In this document: in pieces, positions 62,275-64,000 of the stretch
Layout of the letters: each line of letters opens with the position of its first letter
How positions within the stretch are numbered: position 1 is the stretch's first letter
Assembly (NCBI RefSeq): GCF_004010195.1
Contig: NC_057752.1
Location: 13,485,426-13,549,425 of the forward strand
DNA: 64,000 bases
Direction of reading: 5' to 3'
Source of the DNA: Chiloscyllium plagiosum
Lineage: Eukaryota
Notes under the pieces: generated by a model
What the model was told of the DNA's origin: nothing
The model's database searches: none
Seen by the model: the letters and a program-made list of their open reading frames with translations, nothing else
Position numbers and translations under genes: made by a program

Positions 62275-63897
62275 ATTAGTGACAAACAGCATGGTTTTGT
62301 GCAGGGGAGGTCGTTCCTCACTCACTTGATTAAGTTTTTTGAGGAGGTGACAAAGATGATCGATGAGGGAAGAGCGGTTAATGCTGTCCACATGGTCTTC
62401 AGTAAAGCCTGTGACAAGGCCCCTCGTGACAGACTGGTACAAACGGTGAAGCCACATGGTACCGGGGTGAGCTGGCAAGATGGGTACAGAACTGGCATGG
62501 TCATCGGAGACACAGGGTAGCTGGGGAAGGATGCTTTTCGGAATGGAGGGCTCTGACCAGTGGTGTTCCGCGGGGATCAGCGCTGGGACCTCTGCTGATT
62601 TGGAGAAACGATGGCTCAGTGGTTAGCACTTCTGCCTCACTGCACTAGGGACCTGGGTTCCATTCCAGTCTTAGGCAACTGTCCGTGTGGCGTTTCCACA
62701 TCATCCCTGTGTCTATGTGGGTTTCCTCCGGGTGCTCCGGTTTACTCCCACAATCCAAAGATGTGCAGGTTAGCTGAATTGGTCATACTAAGTTGCCCAT
62801 AGTGCTCAGGGATGTGTAGGCTAGGTGCATTAGTCAGGGGTAAATGTATGGTAATAGGATAGGGAATGGGTCTGGGTGGGTGACTCTTCGGAGGGTCGAT
62901 GTGACTTGTTGGGCTCATGGGCCTGTTTCCACACTGTAGGGATTCTGTTCTATAAAAACGTGGCTGGTTTAATTAGTAAGTTTGTGGAGGATACAAAGAT
63001 TGGTGGAGTTGTGGATAGTGAGGAGGATTGTCAGAGGATACAGCAGGATATAGATCAGTTGGAGGCATGGACTGAAAAATGGCAGATGGAGTTTAATCCA
63101 GACAGGTGTGAGGTGATGGATTTTGGAAGGTCATGTACAAGTGGAAATTATACAGTGAATGGCAGAACTCTCAGGAGTATTGATATGCAGATGGGTCTGG
63201 GGGTGCAGGTCCACAGCTCACTGAAGGTCACAGCGCTGGGAGATAAGGGAGTAACAAAGGCCTATGGCATGCTCCCCTTCATTGGAAGGGGCATTGAGTA
63301 TAAGGATAGACAAGTTCTGCTGCAGCTTTATAGAACTTTAATTAGGCCACACTTGGAATATTGTGTCCAGTTCTGGTCACCACACAACCAGAAGGATGTG
63401 GATGCTCTGGAGAGGGTACAGAAACGGTTTACCAGGATGTTGCCTGGTAAGGGGGATTTTAGCTAGGAAGAAAGGTTGGATAGACTGGGTTTGTTTTCAC
63501 TGGAACACAGGAGGTTGAGGGGCGACCTGATAGACGTTTATAAGGTTGTGAATGGCATGGAGAGATTGAGGAGCATGAGGCATTTCTCCAGGGTGGAGGG
63601 GTCAGTTACCAGGGGACACAGGTTCAAGGTGCGGGAAGGGAATTTAAAAGAGATGTACAAGGCAGGTTTTTCACACAAAGGGTGGTGAGTGCCTGGAACA
63701 CCCTGCTACAGGAGGTGGTGGAAACAGACACAATAGCAGCATTCAGGAAGCACCTGGACCAATACATGAATAGGAAGGGAGTAGAGGGATATGGATCCTG
63801 TAAGTGAAGACAGTTTTAGTATGGAAGGGCAACATGTGTCGGCGCAGGCTTGGAGGGCCGAAGGGCCTGCTCCTGTGCTGGATCGTTCTTTGTTCTA
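62275..63897 (+). mobile_element. CR1 LINE RT to 3' tail, interrupted by an HE1 SINE (~62603-62950)
   Basis: [37 protein letters not shown] and LERVQKRFTRM. Confidence 0.92.
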
Positions 63898-64000
63898 AAT
63901 TCCAGATCATAACCTCCCAGCTCTTGTATTCAATGCATTGACTAATAAAGGCAAGTCTCCCATATATCTTCTTAACGACCTTATCTACCTGTCCTGCTGC

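Overview
Repeat-dense vertebrate genomic DNA, most likely from a shark or other elasmobranch (HE1/V-SINE-type SINEs and HER1/CR1-type LINEs throughout), with four assembly gaps. The only host coding sequence I can support is a beta-1,4-N-acetylgalactosaminyltransferase (B4GALNT1/GM2-GD2 synthase-like) locus on the minus strand. It has five GT-AG exons between 50130 and 38243, plus a second, ~49% identical terminal exon at 13436-13632 that points to a tandem paralog or an alternative last exon. The ~170 aa middle of the protein and the ATG/transmembrane exon are not visible and probably lie in gaps or outside the window. The rest is mobile DNA: CR1 LINEs (one with ORF1 esterase), a second CR1/L2-group LINE with a partner SINE, a Rex1 fragment, and fossil retroviral/Gypsy-like pol and Copia RNase H. 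At least four families of short Penelope-like pLTR insertions are present; several have target-site duplications and intact minimal type I hammerhead ribozyme cores. A 2.5 kb GC-rich 33-bp minisatellite explains the long ORFs at 52-54.5 kb. No CRISPR array, rRNA gene or true tRNA gene was seen. Repeat boundaries are approximate. Family names come from my recognition of motifs, not from database searches.
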